64,000 bases of DNA from contig BCIN01000001.1 in NCBI GenBank assembly GCA_039545335.1, positions 2,979,136 to 3,043,135 on the forward strand. The letters are read 5' to 3'. Below, piece by piece: positions 50,777 through 64,000 of this stretch. The position numbers and the translations under genes were made by a program. Each line of letters opens with the position of its first letter. Position 1 is the stretch's first letter. The notes beneath the pieces are model-generated. The model did not search any database, was not told the origin of the DNA, and was given only the letters and a program-made list of their open reading frames with translations. The stretch comes from Kondoa subrosea (taxonomy: Eukaryota).

Positions 50777-53700
50777 ATGGCCTTGCGAAATGCACAAACG
50801 CGAGTAATAAGAGACCGCTTCAATCTGCTGGCTGAAGAAGTCCTAATCAAGATATTCCTCTGCGTGGATGATCCACATGCATTTGCTTGCCTCAATAAAC
50901 GCTGCTTTCAACTCACCAAAGTATTACATAATCGATACTTGTATCTCAAGGCAAGTCATGGTCCAGTCATGCTGCAAGTACTCTATCAGCTAAGCAAGAG
51001 GCCTTCACTATGTACCAAAGAACTCTATGATCACTTCGTATTGCTCAAACACCCTTGTCCCGATTTCCTGTTGGCTTTGATTGGCGCAGAAGGCGTGGAA
51101 GCTAACAGTCCAACGTTACATCACCGCTTTATCAGGGATACACCTCACATTCTGGCTCAGACACTGAAGCCGAATTACAGCCAAATCTCTTTGTTCCCTA
51201 CGACTGAATATTTGCGCAGAGGTAAAGGCGGGCCGTAGGTTTCGCACAGTAGTCTAGTCTAAAGATATGGCTGATGGTCTGATTAGATTCGTCATGGTCG
51301 AGCATGCGAGCACAAGTTTTCGCTCTAGACCCGGTCAAAACGATGCAGATGTGGATACTGCAAGAACACACCATCTTATACAGATCTATTCAGGTTTTGC
51401 TGCTTCGGGATCTGCCTATAATGATATGTCGTTGCTCAACACGTGGCTCGTCAGTAAGTATGGCCTCGGCTTCTGGTTTCATTCGTGATCGCTGAGTTGC
51501 AGACTAGCTGATGGAAAAGTGGCCAGAGCCAGTTGTCACGTCCGAACTCTCGAAGACCTGCAATACGAGTGAGATCTAAGTACCTTATGATCAGCCGAAT
51601 CTAAGCTGAAGCACATTTCGTAGGGTAGAATTAGCAAGATTGCATACCAATACCCTGCTACAGCAAGGTCTTCAAGTAATGACCAATACAGAAGTCAACC
51701 TGCGAACTGTCCTTGATATGTGTCAGTATTGCTTCGAACAAGCTGTATCTGCTCATTCATCATTTGTAACAGTATCTCGTAATGGGTTTTTACCGCCTAC
51801 CAAGACTCCTGGATCATTATGGTATGCCTTGCCCTTCACTGGTCGCAGAGATGACAGTGAGCTCGGACAAATAGCTGATAGCGGGGGATAAACTGAAGTT
51901 GCGACAGAACGAGTTTGGGAGGCTTTGATCACTAATGGTTTGATTATGACGGAAGAGTACAGCGCTGGTTTCTTTGAGACCATCTTGCAGCCAAGACAAC
52001 AATTGATCCGTCCTACGGTTGAACGAATCAAGGAATGTACGTGTCGAGCCGATCGCCTATCTGTGTGGGTAAAGACATGCTATAACAGGTCTACAGCTCA
52101 ATATCGGCTTGAAATTTACTCTGGAGATGGCAATCGCCCAAGTAAAAGATCCTGATGCTTTGTCTCGTATGGTAGCCTGTGTTTTGGCATTGGAGAAAGA
52201 TGGAGACCTGATCGATTTCACTGCCACGTAGGTCCTGCTTCGGGGTCAATCTTTGCAGGAAGCTGATTCATTCGCATCAGCGATCTGGTGTCTCTTTGGC
52301 TCGACCGGAATTCAGGCGCCCGATTACTGCTTTACGCTGATGCAATCATGAGAGCTTTCAGGTCTTGCCCAGACCTCTTCGTTACACCTCATCTTGCCTC
52401 CTATCTAATTGTCATCTTCTTTCTTCACTCTGGCAAAACTACGCCTCTATGGGTTACCAGGCTCAAACAACTCGGAGGACAAGAGTACATCATTGCTTCA
52501 GCGACACTTAGAAGTCTGGACAATCACGGGCATTTCAAGTCAAAACGGCTCAAGCGAATCGAATCGTATTTCAGAGACTCCGAAATCGTTCCTACTGCCG
52601 AAAGCTTTATTTCTTTACTTTGTCATCCTTTTACTACGCTAGAAGACCTGGATCTGATCTTTTGTGTCATGGGAAAAAATGGTGAGGGGTTAGACATCGT
52701 CCACATAGCAGAAAAAGCTGCCAGAAGGTTGATCGGAGTGCCAAGTGGTGTAAGTGAGCTTTATTCAGGCGAAAAATAGCTGAGACGCGATTCAGGGAGC
52801 TGTGCTTATCTATGTTTGCAACAAATTTCCTCATCTTCTCTCTTGCGTCGATCCAAACGGTCCTATACCTGAAGAAATTGAGTACACCAAGAACAATCAT
52901 TCAAAGAATCGCTCCCAGCCTAGACCTAAAGAAGAAGCGTTTCCCAAACGATCTTTGCTCGATGAATATGCTTGCGAACATGATATCTCCGTCGAGTCAT
53001 TGTGGGATTTGCATCACCAACCATTCCGTACATCACTTGGCGCAGATTTCGAAGAGTTCATCAGCGAGAAACATGGTGTAACAGAGAGAGCGATTAAGAT
53101 TAATTTCGCTCCAGCTCGAATCTTCAGTCAGACTATGCCCGATCCTGATCATCGCCTTTTCCCTACTGTTCTGCAACAGCGACCCCAGTCGTTCACGAGA
53201 CAAGAATTGCTTTTATGGGTAAGTCATCTGACCATATCTGTATTTTAAGCTCACTAAGATCGATGAAAGTATCCTGCACATTCTATTCCTACGTGTATTG
53301 CATTATTGGATCTCCTGCCAGTCAGGAGCGCCGGTCTCCAAGCGATATATGCGCATATTCTTGTCAACCGAAATGGCAGAGCCCTTGAGCTCTTCGCAAG
53401 AAAGAGGGTGCCTATCACGTCAGCGTTCACCTGCAATATGACAGGACTGGCACTGATACTTTTTGTTTAAGCTTAAAACACCTCCAAGCTCTTGCTATGC
53501 TTGGTTTGAAGATTCCGCGGGGCTTAGCGGCAAGCATTGCTCGAAGTGCGCCTTTCTACCGAGACGAGACGAATGTTGTTGCGAATGCAGGCGGAGCGGA
53601 AGTTTTGCGAGCAGATGTCGCCAATTTGACAAAATGGCGTGATGCCTTGACTCGGCTCGTCGAGAACGAAAAGGAGAAGGTATGCATCCAGTCAGCATGT

Positions 53701-53855
53701 TGGTGGATTGTTTTCGCTCAAGATCGTCTCGGCAGCTGTCTGAAAAGCGTCTTGCTATACCCAATGTCAAATTGAGATCTTCAGTCTTCAAGACGCTTTT
53801 CCATAAGGCAAATGATGTCCCTCCCTCAATCACACGAATCCTGATTGCTTTATAG
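50777..53855 (+). CDS. Uncharacterised protein with N-terminal F-box-like motif, tandem paralogue 1
   Basis: DRFNLLAEEVLIKIFLCVDDPHAFACLNKRCFQL. Multi-exon frame is collinear with the paralogue at 54185-57055. Confidence 0.75.
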
Positions 53856-54184
53856 AGCGCGGTATCATGTTTGGCAAATATCACGTCAGCTTTAGAAAAG
53901 GCTCAGCAGCAAGCGGTTGAGAGGCCAGAAGAACCACGATCGGATGAGAGCACGTCAAACGTTCACAAGAAGAGAAGGCGCCTATGAGGTGCGTCCTAGC
54001 GAAGTTGAGCTAGCATGCCGCCAGGATACTGGATATGATTCCGATGGAGGGCAATTGCTTTGCCAGCTGGCTGTCATTCACCAAATTGAGCTGCTAAAGA
54101 TGCACTACACATACATGCTTTCATTACCGATGCCACTGACCGTAAAATCAGACTGTTTCTACGCTTGTCTCGAACTGTTACACC

Positions 54185-57055
54185 ATGACATTTAATCCCA
54201 AACAGCTTCAAGACCGCTTTGCGTCATTGTCTGAAGAGCTCCTCACAGCTATCTTTTTGCAAGCCGAAGATGCTTTTGTGTTCTCGCGTATATCCAAACA
54301 ATGCCTACGAATTAGCAGAAGCCTCACATTACGCTACGACTGGCTTCTTCTACATCATGGCCCAACTCCGCATCACGCTCTACATTACATGTCTCATCTG
54401 TCCAGGCTTTGCACGCAAGAACAGTATGCTGTCTTTGTTCACAGGGGCTATCCTGCTTCACGACACTTGCTCTCTCTCATAGGCTGGTATGCTTCTGAGA
54501 GATTTGCCCTGGATGTACCACCGTCCGTATCCGAATGCGTTATTAGTCAGTGGTCCAAGACCTGTATCTGGCCTTCAGAGAAGGACATAAAGTGAGATCA
54601 ATGAATAATTCTCAGGAGAACGTCGCTCAACTTTGCGATAGAGAGGGAAGAGGGGGAGCTTGGGTTATGGTTATTCACGTCGCTTTGACTATCATGGCCG
54701 AAAATCACCCCTCTTATGCAACCGTCGATTGCACTGTGCAGGTCTTGGGGAGCTTGTATCGAATTCTCGCAGGCAAAAATGTGGCATTCACTATACCATC
54801 ACTACTCAACTCTTTCATAGCCAGTCAGTCTGTCGACTGAATCATCTATTCGCTATGTAAATTTGCGCGGGATGCAGCCAACGGTTTGGCAATGCCTCTG
54901 CATACTCGCATGGTAACGATGCAACAGTTGCATTACGAGTGCGTCTGATGACTGAAGTCAATACCATCTCATCTGACTTGGTATAGTCTCGACCAGGCAG
55001 CCGAATTTACAAACGAATTGATCAGAGACACCGGTCACATATCTCAGCGTGCAAAAAGCATCGAAGACCTGCAGAAACTACGTGTGTCAAAGTATACTGC
55101 GTCATCGTACTAAAATGATAATTTACCACAAGTTGTGGACACCAAATTCATTCCGATGTGCAATGACCACTCTCTTTGGCTAGACTTGCCCATATTGGCA
55201 TTACGGGACAGTGCGTAATGGCTTCTCTGCTTGTGAATGTCATTGCTAATCCCTATTAAGGGACTCTGTGGGATGTCATCGTACAAGAGAGCGGCTTTGT
55301 AGTGTCTAGAAGCTACAGTGCAGCCTTTTTTAAAAAAATTCTCGAATCCTGCTCTAGAGTCAATGATGTGCGAGTCAAGCGCATCAAGATTTGTCAGTTG
55401 AAATTTTCAGCTTATCGATTACTCTCCTTATACAGTTGCCGAACAGATCTCGAATTGAACATCGGCTTGACATATGATATGCAAATGGCCATCGAACTGA
55501 TAGAAACAGACATTCAAGGGTCTAATCCCGTAGATATCTATCAATACATTGATATATTATGGGAACAGAAACTGGTCAACTTCACGTCTACCGATGCACT
55601 TTCAGCTTGGCTCGAATCTCGAAGCGGCGTCCATCTATTACTGCATGGGGCATGGATCGAGAATCTCTTCTCCGACAATGCAGCACTGCGGACGTCTTCT
55701 CATGTCTCCAAGATGCTTTTGATTGTCTTCTTTTGGAACAGCGGCCGTACAACTGCGGAATGGTTATCGGCATACGCACCCTTTGGGCGCACCAATGCTG
55801 TAATGACTTCGTGCGATGTGAAAGAGAATTATGTTCGAAAAGAGGCGCGGTCTGGTATTATTGTGCGAAATCTCAAAAGTTGGAAGCTGCGCCCATCTGA
55901 AGCTTCGATAATTGAAACTCTCTGTCATCCTTTTCTAAACCTCTGCGATGTTGACTACATGTTTGGAGAATTGGCCATGTATGGAAAGAACCTGGATTTT
56001 GGAAAGATCGCGGAACAAGCATCGAGGAGAATCTGTTTAGGTATTCCCGGCGGCGTAGGCGCACCTTCTCTTGCTTGATATACCTCATTAAATTTTTATC
56101 AGGGAACTATGCTCCTGAATCTTTGTAATCGCTATCCCTTTCTGCACGAATATCTCAATGGCTATATCAGCGAATTGGAGATATCTCTCGAAACTTTAGA
56201 TGACTTCCGACAGCAAAACTTCCACAGTGCAATGGGCATGGATTGGGAGATATTCTTCGATACAACAAATAATGATCAACTCCGATCGTACATCTCTTTC
56301 GCTCCTGTAAGAATATACAGTATGCAGAAGAGTAATACCGAAGAAGACTATCGGATCTATCCACCTCTGTTACGAGCTAGACCCGAGCCTATATTGTTGA
56401 AAGAATTGAGATTTTGGGTATGTGCAAGCTGTTCACATTTGTCTGGCATAGCTGAGTACGACAATAGTACTGTTCACGTTCTGTGCCGACCTCGATCGCA
56501 CTGCTCGATCTTCTTCCTCTGCATTGTTCTGGTCTCCAAATCTATTTCGCGCACGTCCTTTTAAATCGCAATCAACGAGCAATTGCTCTCTATATCCGCC
56601 GACATGTGCCTATAACGTCGGTGGATTATTCTCATGTCATGACTAAACCTGATTGCATCGCACAGAGCGAAACATTTGCATGGTCTAGCGATTCTTGGCC
56701 TGAAGATACCTAAAGCACTCTCGAATGCTCTTGCTCGCCACGCTCCTTTCTATCTTGATGAGAAAGAAGTAATACTAGCAAAAGAAGTACCGCACAAGTA
56801 CATATCAAGTGCAGCAGATTTGACCAAATGGAAAAGCGCTTTGTCTAATTTGATAGAAGTGGAAGAGCTAAGAGTACGTGCTGACATTTTGCCGAAGAAT
56901 GATATGATCTCATTTGTATCGTACAGGTTGCTACAATGCGGAATCTTATCGGTCGAAGAAGACGTGAGGGGATTCAGAAGTCGCCCTTCCACATTGTGCG
57001 CATGATTCTCCTAGATGCTTCGCTTGTGTTGAAGCGTAATCTCAGAGCGCAATGA
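54185..57055 (+). CDS. Uncharacterised protein with N-terminal F-box-like motif, tandem paralogue 2
   Basis: DRFASLSEELLTAIFLQAEDAFVFSRISKQCLRI. Shares motifs and several checked intron positions with 50777-53855. Confidence 0.75.
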
Positions 57056-57467
57056 TTACTTTGGCCAAATTAGATATTGCCTTGAACAAGGCTGTAACCT
57101 GAGAAGACATGTAAATGTATGAAGAGTGTGAAGAAGGGCTATTCTTGAAATGGAATGCGCGGCTGATGTAAAATCATTCAAGACAAGACGGCGAAGAGCT
57201 TCGGACAGCGGAAGTGCCATTACCAAAGTTGCTTCCTCGTTTTTATTTTCCCAAGTCAGCCATGCTGTATACCTAAATTGGGCCTTAAGTGGCTCCAATG
57301 GCTCTTTGTGGATTATATCATAGCACAGGATTGATACCATTGACTGCGGATTGGCTACAAAACAAGGGCCTAATTCTCTGTTTCCATTGATAAGCTCTGC
57401 CGTGCGTCTCCGGTGATCTAGCAAGACTTGTCAATGCACTTCTCATCGCGTATGATAGCAAGCAGCA

Positions 57468-60400
57468 ATGGATGCTCTGGCTTTGTTGTCTCAAGTCGCT
57501 ACGTCTGAAAAGGCAGAATTCGCAGAAGACATAGATTTGCAGCTACCTCTGGATCCTGAGCTTGCCCTGGATCCAGTATTACGGACTGCTGGTGTCAAGA
57601 GAAAGTTATCCAGCAATGCTTTCGACGAAGGTGTTCGCGAGCATCCTTCTGCTCTTCAATCTCGCTCAATGTCGCCTATGGAGTCTGCAAGAGCTCTCAC
57701 TAGCCTGTCCTACGACTATGTGCCATCTCGATCGTGGCAAGATACAATATTAATTCCACAACAGCATTCAAGCTATCTACAAAAACCAGAAGCACCAATC
57801 TTCAACGAGACAGATGGAATTATTCGTTGCGTATGCGCTTATGACGATGACGACGGTTTCACCATTCAATGTGATCGCTGCTTCGCCTGGCAACATGGTC
57901 TTTGCGTCGGGATTTCGCCAGAAGCAGTTCCAGATGATTATCTCTGCGAATTATGCGATCCTGATCCCAATCGATATCCTTCGGTTGACCGCGAAAGAGC
58001 TATGGAAAGACAATTAATGAAGAGAAGAGCTGAAGAGGGTCTTAGAAAAGCAAGAGAGTCTCTTGTCGCTACTTCAGCAGCAGGGCGGAACATCAATGAC
58101 ACCCAGCTTCAAAACGCAGCGATACTCATGGCTTCAGATGATATTGCCATTCCTGAAGATTTTTCGCCTGATCATACTCATGCAGCTTTCCCTCAACCTG
58201 CTCAACCGATTCCCGGTCCGAAGACTGCTAAACGCAAGACTTCCAATAAGTCCTTGAGCGGTCAAGATGAGTTTGTGCAACCGGGGAAGTCTGCTGCTCC
58301 TTCGCGTAATGTAGAGAAAACACCAAAACAGCGCAGAAAGCCTGGGCCAAAACCCAAATCACAGAAAGAAAAGGAAGCCAAAGAAGCCAAAGAACCTCCT
58401 ACTCCCTTGCCTACCACGCCTGCTACGCCTGCTTCAGCTTTACCTACACCTCTTGAAGCCCAAGGACCTCCTTTGACTAGAAGATCGACTGCAGCTCAAC
58501 AGAACGCAAATATTCTTGGTCAATCTACGAATTCTGCTTACGCCCCTCAATACTCTGACGATGAAGACGACGATGGACTGGAGGCGTGGCAATTTGAATA
58601 TACACCCATTACAGAAGTTCGATGGTCTGATGCGGAAGGCGTGGAATGCGTTCGAACGGCTCTACAAAATTGGTACATCCGCGATATTGGTGGAGAAGAT
58701 ACTTTGAACAGTTCGAAGGTGTCAAGAGTAACAAGCAAGAAAGTCAAAGTTGGCAAGATAAATTGGAAACGTGTGGCAATGGAGAAGAAGAATGTTGATA
58801 GCGACATGGATGATCCAGCGAACGGCCCTGGGTTATTCGAATCTTACGATCCAGATGAAGATGCTGCACTGTCGTCACCAATCGGGCCTGTGGAGATCAA
58901 CAATCTTCCAAGCACAGTCAAGATCACAGTGAAACCTATCGCTCAAGCTTCCTTCTCCCTAGCTCCACCTCTTTCTCAACCCTTCTCGACTGCTTCATCT
59001 GCTGCTCCTTCGATGTCTGTCCCCTATCCTCGAGCTATGCAGCATGCTCTGTTCTCCACCCAATCTATTCCAGCTGGCGCATTCATCGCACCACTGCATG
59101 GCGAAGTTATTTCACTTACAAAATACCGTTCAGACCCAGCCAACCAGTATTCAAATATCGGGCTATCTAAGCCAGGTGTACGAGCACTCAGTGCACCTTG
59201 GAGTATCGTAATCGACCAACGTCGATTCGGTAACGAGACTCGATTCGCTCGAAGCGGATGTCATCCCAACGCCGTTGTTCGACCTGTTGTCTATAGGTCG
59301 AAAACAGCCCAAGACTTGGAACAAAATGAAGAAGCTATCGAAATCACTTTTGCTCTCTTCGCATTGACCGATATTTCCAAACGAGAAGAAATCATTGCCT
59401 CTTGGGAGTGGGATGATAGACATGTGATCCATACTCTGCCCGCCCTACTTCGATTACCTACTGCAGAAACGGAAAACATTGATCCTACGCCTAATTTATC
59501 CCGGAAAATGGCCGCCGTTAGTATTACTTTGTTTGGAGTGACCGCATGCGCATGCGAGAAGAGGAAAGATTGTGCTCTAGCTTGGATGTGGAAACTGGCT
59601 TGCGCTTCTCAGCCAAGTGGGGTAGGAGGAAACAATCGAAGAGATATTGATGAAGACGGTATCGTGGATAGAATGATCACTGCTCTATCTGGAACAGCTG
59701 CTGGCTATAGTACGAATGGCAAGAAGAATCAGAAAGGCAAGAAACCGGAACTTGGGCCTTTGCTGGAGCTGAATAGAGGCTGGGTCTTGGAAGCGGAAGA
59801 GCCTACGCCTGTGCTTTCTATCGTAGCAAATGTTCCAGCTATTGACCCTCTGCCACATTGTAGGTCTATCAATTTGTTCAATCTCGCTGACAGCTGATAT
59901 ACTTAAAATGCGAATAGCTGCTAAATCGCGACTCGACTACACGTCTTCGGAGGAGGAGGAGATCGTACGGCCGCCAAAGCGTAAAAGGAAGTCTGAAGCA
60001 CAAAAGGAAGAGGCGTTGCCATATAAAGTCGTCAAATCAGCACAAGCGGTTCCTACGGATATTAATCAGTCTTTCGCAGACTCAGTATCTTCCGCACAAC
60101 AACCCACAATTTTGCCGGCGGCCGTATCGGACGATGCTCAGATGCAAGAACCGATTTCGTCGTTGGGTCTCATGTTTGATGAACCTGCAATTCTGACTCC
60201 TGCGATCGGAGAAACCCCAGTCAAGGCGAAATCTCCTTCTCCTGTTCCTGTAAGACCATCGACGCCTGTCAAAGAACCCACACCACCACCTAAAGTACCA
60301 ACCCCTCCTCCACCGCCTCCTCGAGCCAAATTATCCTTTGCCGCATTTAGACAGCGCATGGCTCAAGTCAGACCAGACAATGAAAACACTGAAAAGCCGC

Positions 60401-61775
60401 TTTTAAACGTAGCCTCTGACTCTCCACAGCCAATAGAACCTGCTAAGAATGCTTCACCTCAGCGTCTCGCTCCAATACAACTTTCTGGGCAGACGCATGA
60501 CGACAACTACCTTTCTTCTCGCTCTCCTCCTCATGTCCGGTCTCCTCATCTTCCAGTCAGCGATGAACCAATGCTAGATCGCCAATGGTCGCCTGACAGA
60601 CAATCTGATGACGATCCGGACGGTGTACCGATTGTAGCGGACGAGCCTGCTCAATATTCTGCTCAGTCTTTCAGCAACTCTTACGATTACCCAAGCTACT
60701 TCCCTTCTTCGCCGAAATACGAACACAGGTATAGTGAAACTCCAAAATCAGCTTATTTCCCTCTCGCGACAGCAACATACCAACAACCCGAACAGACTTC
60801 GCCAGTAACGCGTTTCGACTCACCAATACCCTCTGGCAATCGATCTCCCCCTAGATTCAGAGAAAGGTCCCCGTCGCCTCGTCGTTTTGCTGCCCCTCAC
60901 TACGCAGATCCAAGAGAGCGATATCCGAACGAACGAGAAAGACAGTCAAATGGATACGAACGGGATCGATATCCAGATGAGCGGGAAACCAGCCATTCGC
61001 TGCGCGACAGCAGGGATACGTATTATTCTGGAGACAGAGACATGATTCGAGAAAGGGGTCCAGAAAGCTATCATTCGCCAGGCGGCTATCGCTCCGACGA
61101 TGGAGATGCCGTCTCATCAATCTCGTCTAGAAAAGCACCGGAACTCACAAGGTGGTCTTCAGGTTCGAGACAACATCGAAGAGAAGACTCGCCAGTGCCG
61201 CAAGGAAGTCCACGCAGCCCAACAAGTCCTTTCATTACTACGCAAGAGGCACGACATCAGCCAAGACCCCTGCCGACCGGACCAAGTACTTCCTTTGGTA
61301 GCAGACCTCCTCCAGCTGCCCCACGAGCGAGATCATTATCTCAACAAGCCAACGCAGCGCCTTATTCCAATCCAGCATCACATCGAGCCACTTATACTAG
61401 ATCTCCTGCAGTCTACAATAGGCCACCTGCAGACCAAATTGATGCACCAAAAGCGCCCAAATCTTTCGCCTACTCGCGAGATCGCGCTGCTTGGCCACCG
61501 CGAGAGCGAGAACTAAGCAATCGTCCTGTAGTCGCGCCGAGCGCACCATCAGGCGGTTTTCGTCAAGATCGCTACCCGGATCGATTAGACAGAAACGATC
61601 GACCGGAACGTCAAGAGAGACCAATGTATGCTCGTAAGTCATCTACATTGCTTGCAAGTTCATGCCTCATCTAAAAAATGAAGCAGCTGCGCCTGTACCT
61701 ACCGGACCATCTAGAGGCAGAAATTGGACACCAAGGGGCAGAGGAGGCTATCGAGGCAGAGGTAGAGGGTATTAG
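57468..61775 (+). CDS. SET3: PHD-finger + SET-domain protein (Set3/Set4/KMT2E-like)
   Basis: PHD IIRCVCAYDDDDGFTIQCDRCFAWQHGLC..YLCELCDP. SET IDQRRFGNETRFARSGCHPNA...ISKREEI..WEW, lacking the canonical NH motif as in Set3. Intron 59860-59917 joins the two long ORFs. RG-rich tail. Confidence 0.88.
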
Positions 61776-62223
61776 TACATGTGTTCGGTTGTACAGTCAA
61801 TGACATTGTAGGGTATACTCTGGGAATGTATGAAGAAGTCGTATAGATATGTCTTTCATGACAGTCAATTGTATCTCCGGAACTTTTGCCTAGCCAAATT
61901 ATGGCAGCTTAAAACTTGACATCCATTCTGACTGCCCGTGCCTTCAATCTTCCTTAATTGGTCTTGATCTCACAATGTTTCCTCTGTTCAGAAACCATCC
62001 GTTGACCAGCAAACACGCGTTTATGACCTGTTGCATATCAAATTTGTCTCTGTTGTGTTGTTGTGTTTTCGCACGTAAACTCTTATAAGGCCATCTTCTC
62101 TTCTCATTCTCTTTTCATTCAAAAGACTTCTCCTGCATTCATAGCCCAGCTCTCAAGTCCCTCCTTTTTCGCATTATTGCTATTATACTTCATAATCCAG
62201 TCCAAACTCTTCGACCCTCACAA

Positions 62224-63060
62224 ATGTACAAGCTCATAGTCGCCCTTACTCTTCTCGGTTTTACAAATGCTCTTCTGCGCGATACAGCTGATCCTGTTCA
62301 AGATTGGCGATCTTTTCAAGATGCAGTCATCGACCGAGTCTCAGAAAACATTCAACGCGACCTCCTTCCTTCTTACGACCAGGGTTCAGTACGCTCCATG
62401 TTGCAAGGACTGGAGCATTCTCTGGAAGCGAGGTTTCAGCGGGAATTGAGGGATGCTACATCGTGAGTAATACTACTGCTTGCTTTGAACCTAGCCGACG
62501 ATTCCTTTCAGTCGCTCCGACCTTTATCCAGCTTGTGTTGAAGCAAGTGCTAGCTGTGTCGACGAAGCTTGTGGGTTTCAATTATTTGCCCATATGTCCT
62601 GGTATTGACTTACATGCTGGCAGATTCGGAAGCCGTCTTCAACACACTCTCGTCTCGTTCATCGCGTGAAATCTTCGAGTCTACCGATGTTGTTGTTCAT
62701 CACGCTTTGGCACTCTCTTCTTCCCTCTCCTCGATTCCGGCTCATGTCCGATCATCAAGACACCCTCGCCCTCTTCGACGTAAGAGAGGTCTCGACTCCT
62801 TGGCTACTGCACCGGACCAAGTTGTTGATATGCTCCCAAGCGGTATGAAGAAGAGAAGTGTAGTCAAGGAAGCGGATACGATCAAGCAATCTTTGGCAAA
62901 GATGCTTGCTTCTGCTCAGAAAAGTACATTGAGAGAAGCATGCGGATCTTCCAGTAGCTGTAGGCTCAATTCTACTAAACGAGTGAGTTCTTGCTGTGAC
63001 GCACGCAGTCTTGTGCTTTTGCTGATGCATGCCGCTTAGCCACTCATTTCCAACATTTGA
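62224..63060 (+). CDS. Secreted orphan proprotein with dibasic (Kex2-type) sites
   Basis: Signal peptide MYKLIVALTLLGFTNA. Four exons joined by GT-AG introns. Internal RRKR and KKR sites, four Cys. Stop TGA at 63058-63060. Confidence 0.7.
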
Positions 63061-64000
63061 TGGCGCCTGAAAGCGAGAACAGAAGTGCGGCAGGCAGAAA
63101 CCTTGTTCATTTTGTAACTAATACTAACATATAATACTACAAATAGTAATGCATGTTTCATAGTGTTATCATTATTCCTTTAGCACTATAACTTTGCCTT
63201 TCAATGTTTGATGGTATCACATAATATGTATATGTGCACTTGGTCCGTAGCTAGCTGATCGAGATCAAGCCTCGCCGCCGCTAGTTTGCAATGGCTGTTT
63301 AGCCTTACAACAGAACATCAGCAACTGGAACAGCGGTAAAAGAAAATGCTGCCTTGCCCATTGTGCTGCTGCCCCTCCACTCAGGTCAATAGCTTGTGCA
63401 CCCTTTTTGCCAATCTCCTTGAAGTATCCCTCCCTTTCACTAAGTTTCAGTACATTGCACGATGAGCAACCTTATTGGTTATAAGGAGGAGTATCATTGA
63501 TAAGGAGTTCAGCACATTCCCCCTGTTGTACGAGGCTGAGTCATGCGAGGTTCTTGAAGGCGAATGGAATCGATCGAGGCCAGAGCAGAACATTAAACGG
63601 AATGGTTGCAACGAACGCTTCAACTAGAGAGAAACATATTGGCTGACATATGTCTTCAATCACTGTGATACGGGACGCCGGGACAATGCAATAAAAGATC
63701 ATGCATCATCTTGGACGATTTTTGCAGTCTTGCTCGAGTACATCTACATCGCTGAGGGCAAGAAGACGGCGACGCTGATATTTGACAGCCAGGGAGAGCA
63801 ATTCATAGCATAAGAGTAAATCTCGAGGCTTTCAAGCCAGCTCTTGCAGCCGCACAATCTCGTATTGTATATTGACCATAGCAGCCTTGCAGCTGTATAC
63901 AGAAGCACAGATATCGGGCAGCGACATGGCTTTGAGCGGAAAACGCATGTCCAAGCACAAGTCGGACTCTTGAGCTCAAACCAGAACCATCTCTCTCTAA

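Noticed and set aside
57056..57424. 122-aa minus-strand ORF between the second F-box-like gene and SET3
   Set aside because: TTG start, no introns or motifs, and it fills the only space available for the SET3 promoter.
63100..64000. Possible gene at the right edge of the window
   Set aside because: No ORF of 60 aa or more and no convincing exon chain. It cannot be resolved without flanking sequence.

Overview
Gene-dense, intron-rich eukaryotic DNA from a basidiomycete fungus, probably a Pucciniomycotina yeast (inferred from ~45-55 nt GT-AG introns, short intergenic gaps and gene families). The ORF track is fragmented because of introns, so I spliced gene models by hand and exon borders are best estimates. 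About 24 protein genes are supported: an orphan 7-TM protein, a small Cys/His protein with an in-frame TGA, DNA ligase I, a JEN1-like carboxylate transporter with 23 introns, a quinate-permease-like sugar porter, a SURP/SWAP-like splicing factor, a small membrane protein, STE24, malic enzyme, ERG25, AMS1, a bHLH factor, UGA1, ATP synthase subunit e, OAC1, IST1, BRH2/BRCA2, a DHX57-like helicase, a Rossmann-fold protein, TDP1, two tandem F-box-like paralogues, a SET3-like PHD/SET protein and a secreted Kex2-site proprotein. No rRNA, tRNA, CRISPR array or transposon was recognised. The most interesting leads are: (1) Ams1 ends in its own Atg8-interacting motif (DDWTEI); (2) the SURP gene has a long, AG-depleted intron with a poison acceptor, suggesting autoregulation; (3) DNA ligase I has a mitochondrial-type presequence with no AUG; (4) an in-frame TGA lies inside a conserved motif; (5) two adjacent introns are recent duplicates flanking a 9-nt exon; (6) Brh2 has four BRC repeats; (7) a ~4 kb gap without recognisable protein genes carries signs of a spliced non-coding transcript.
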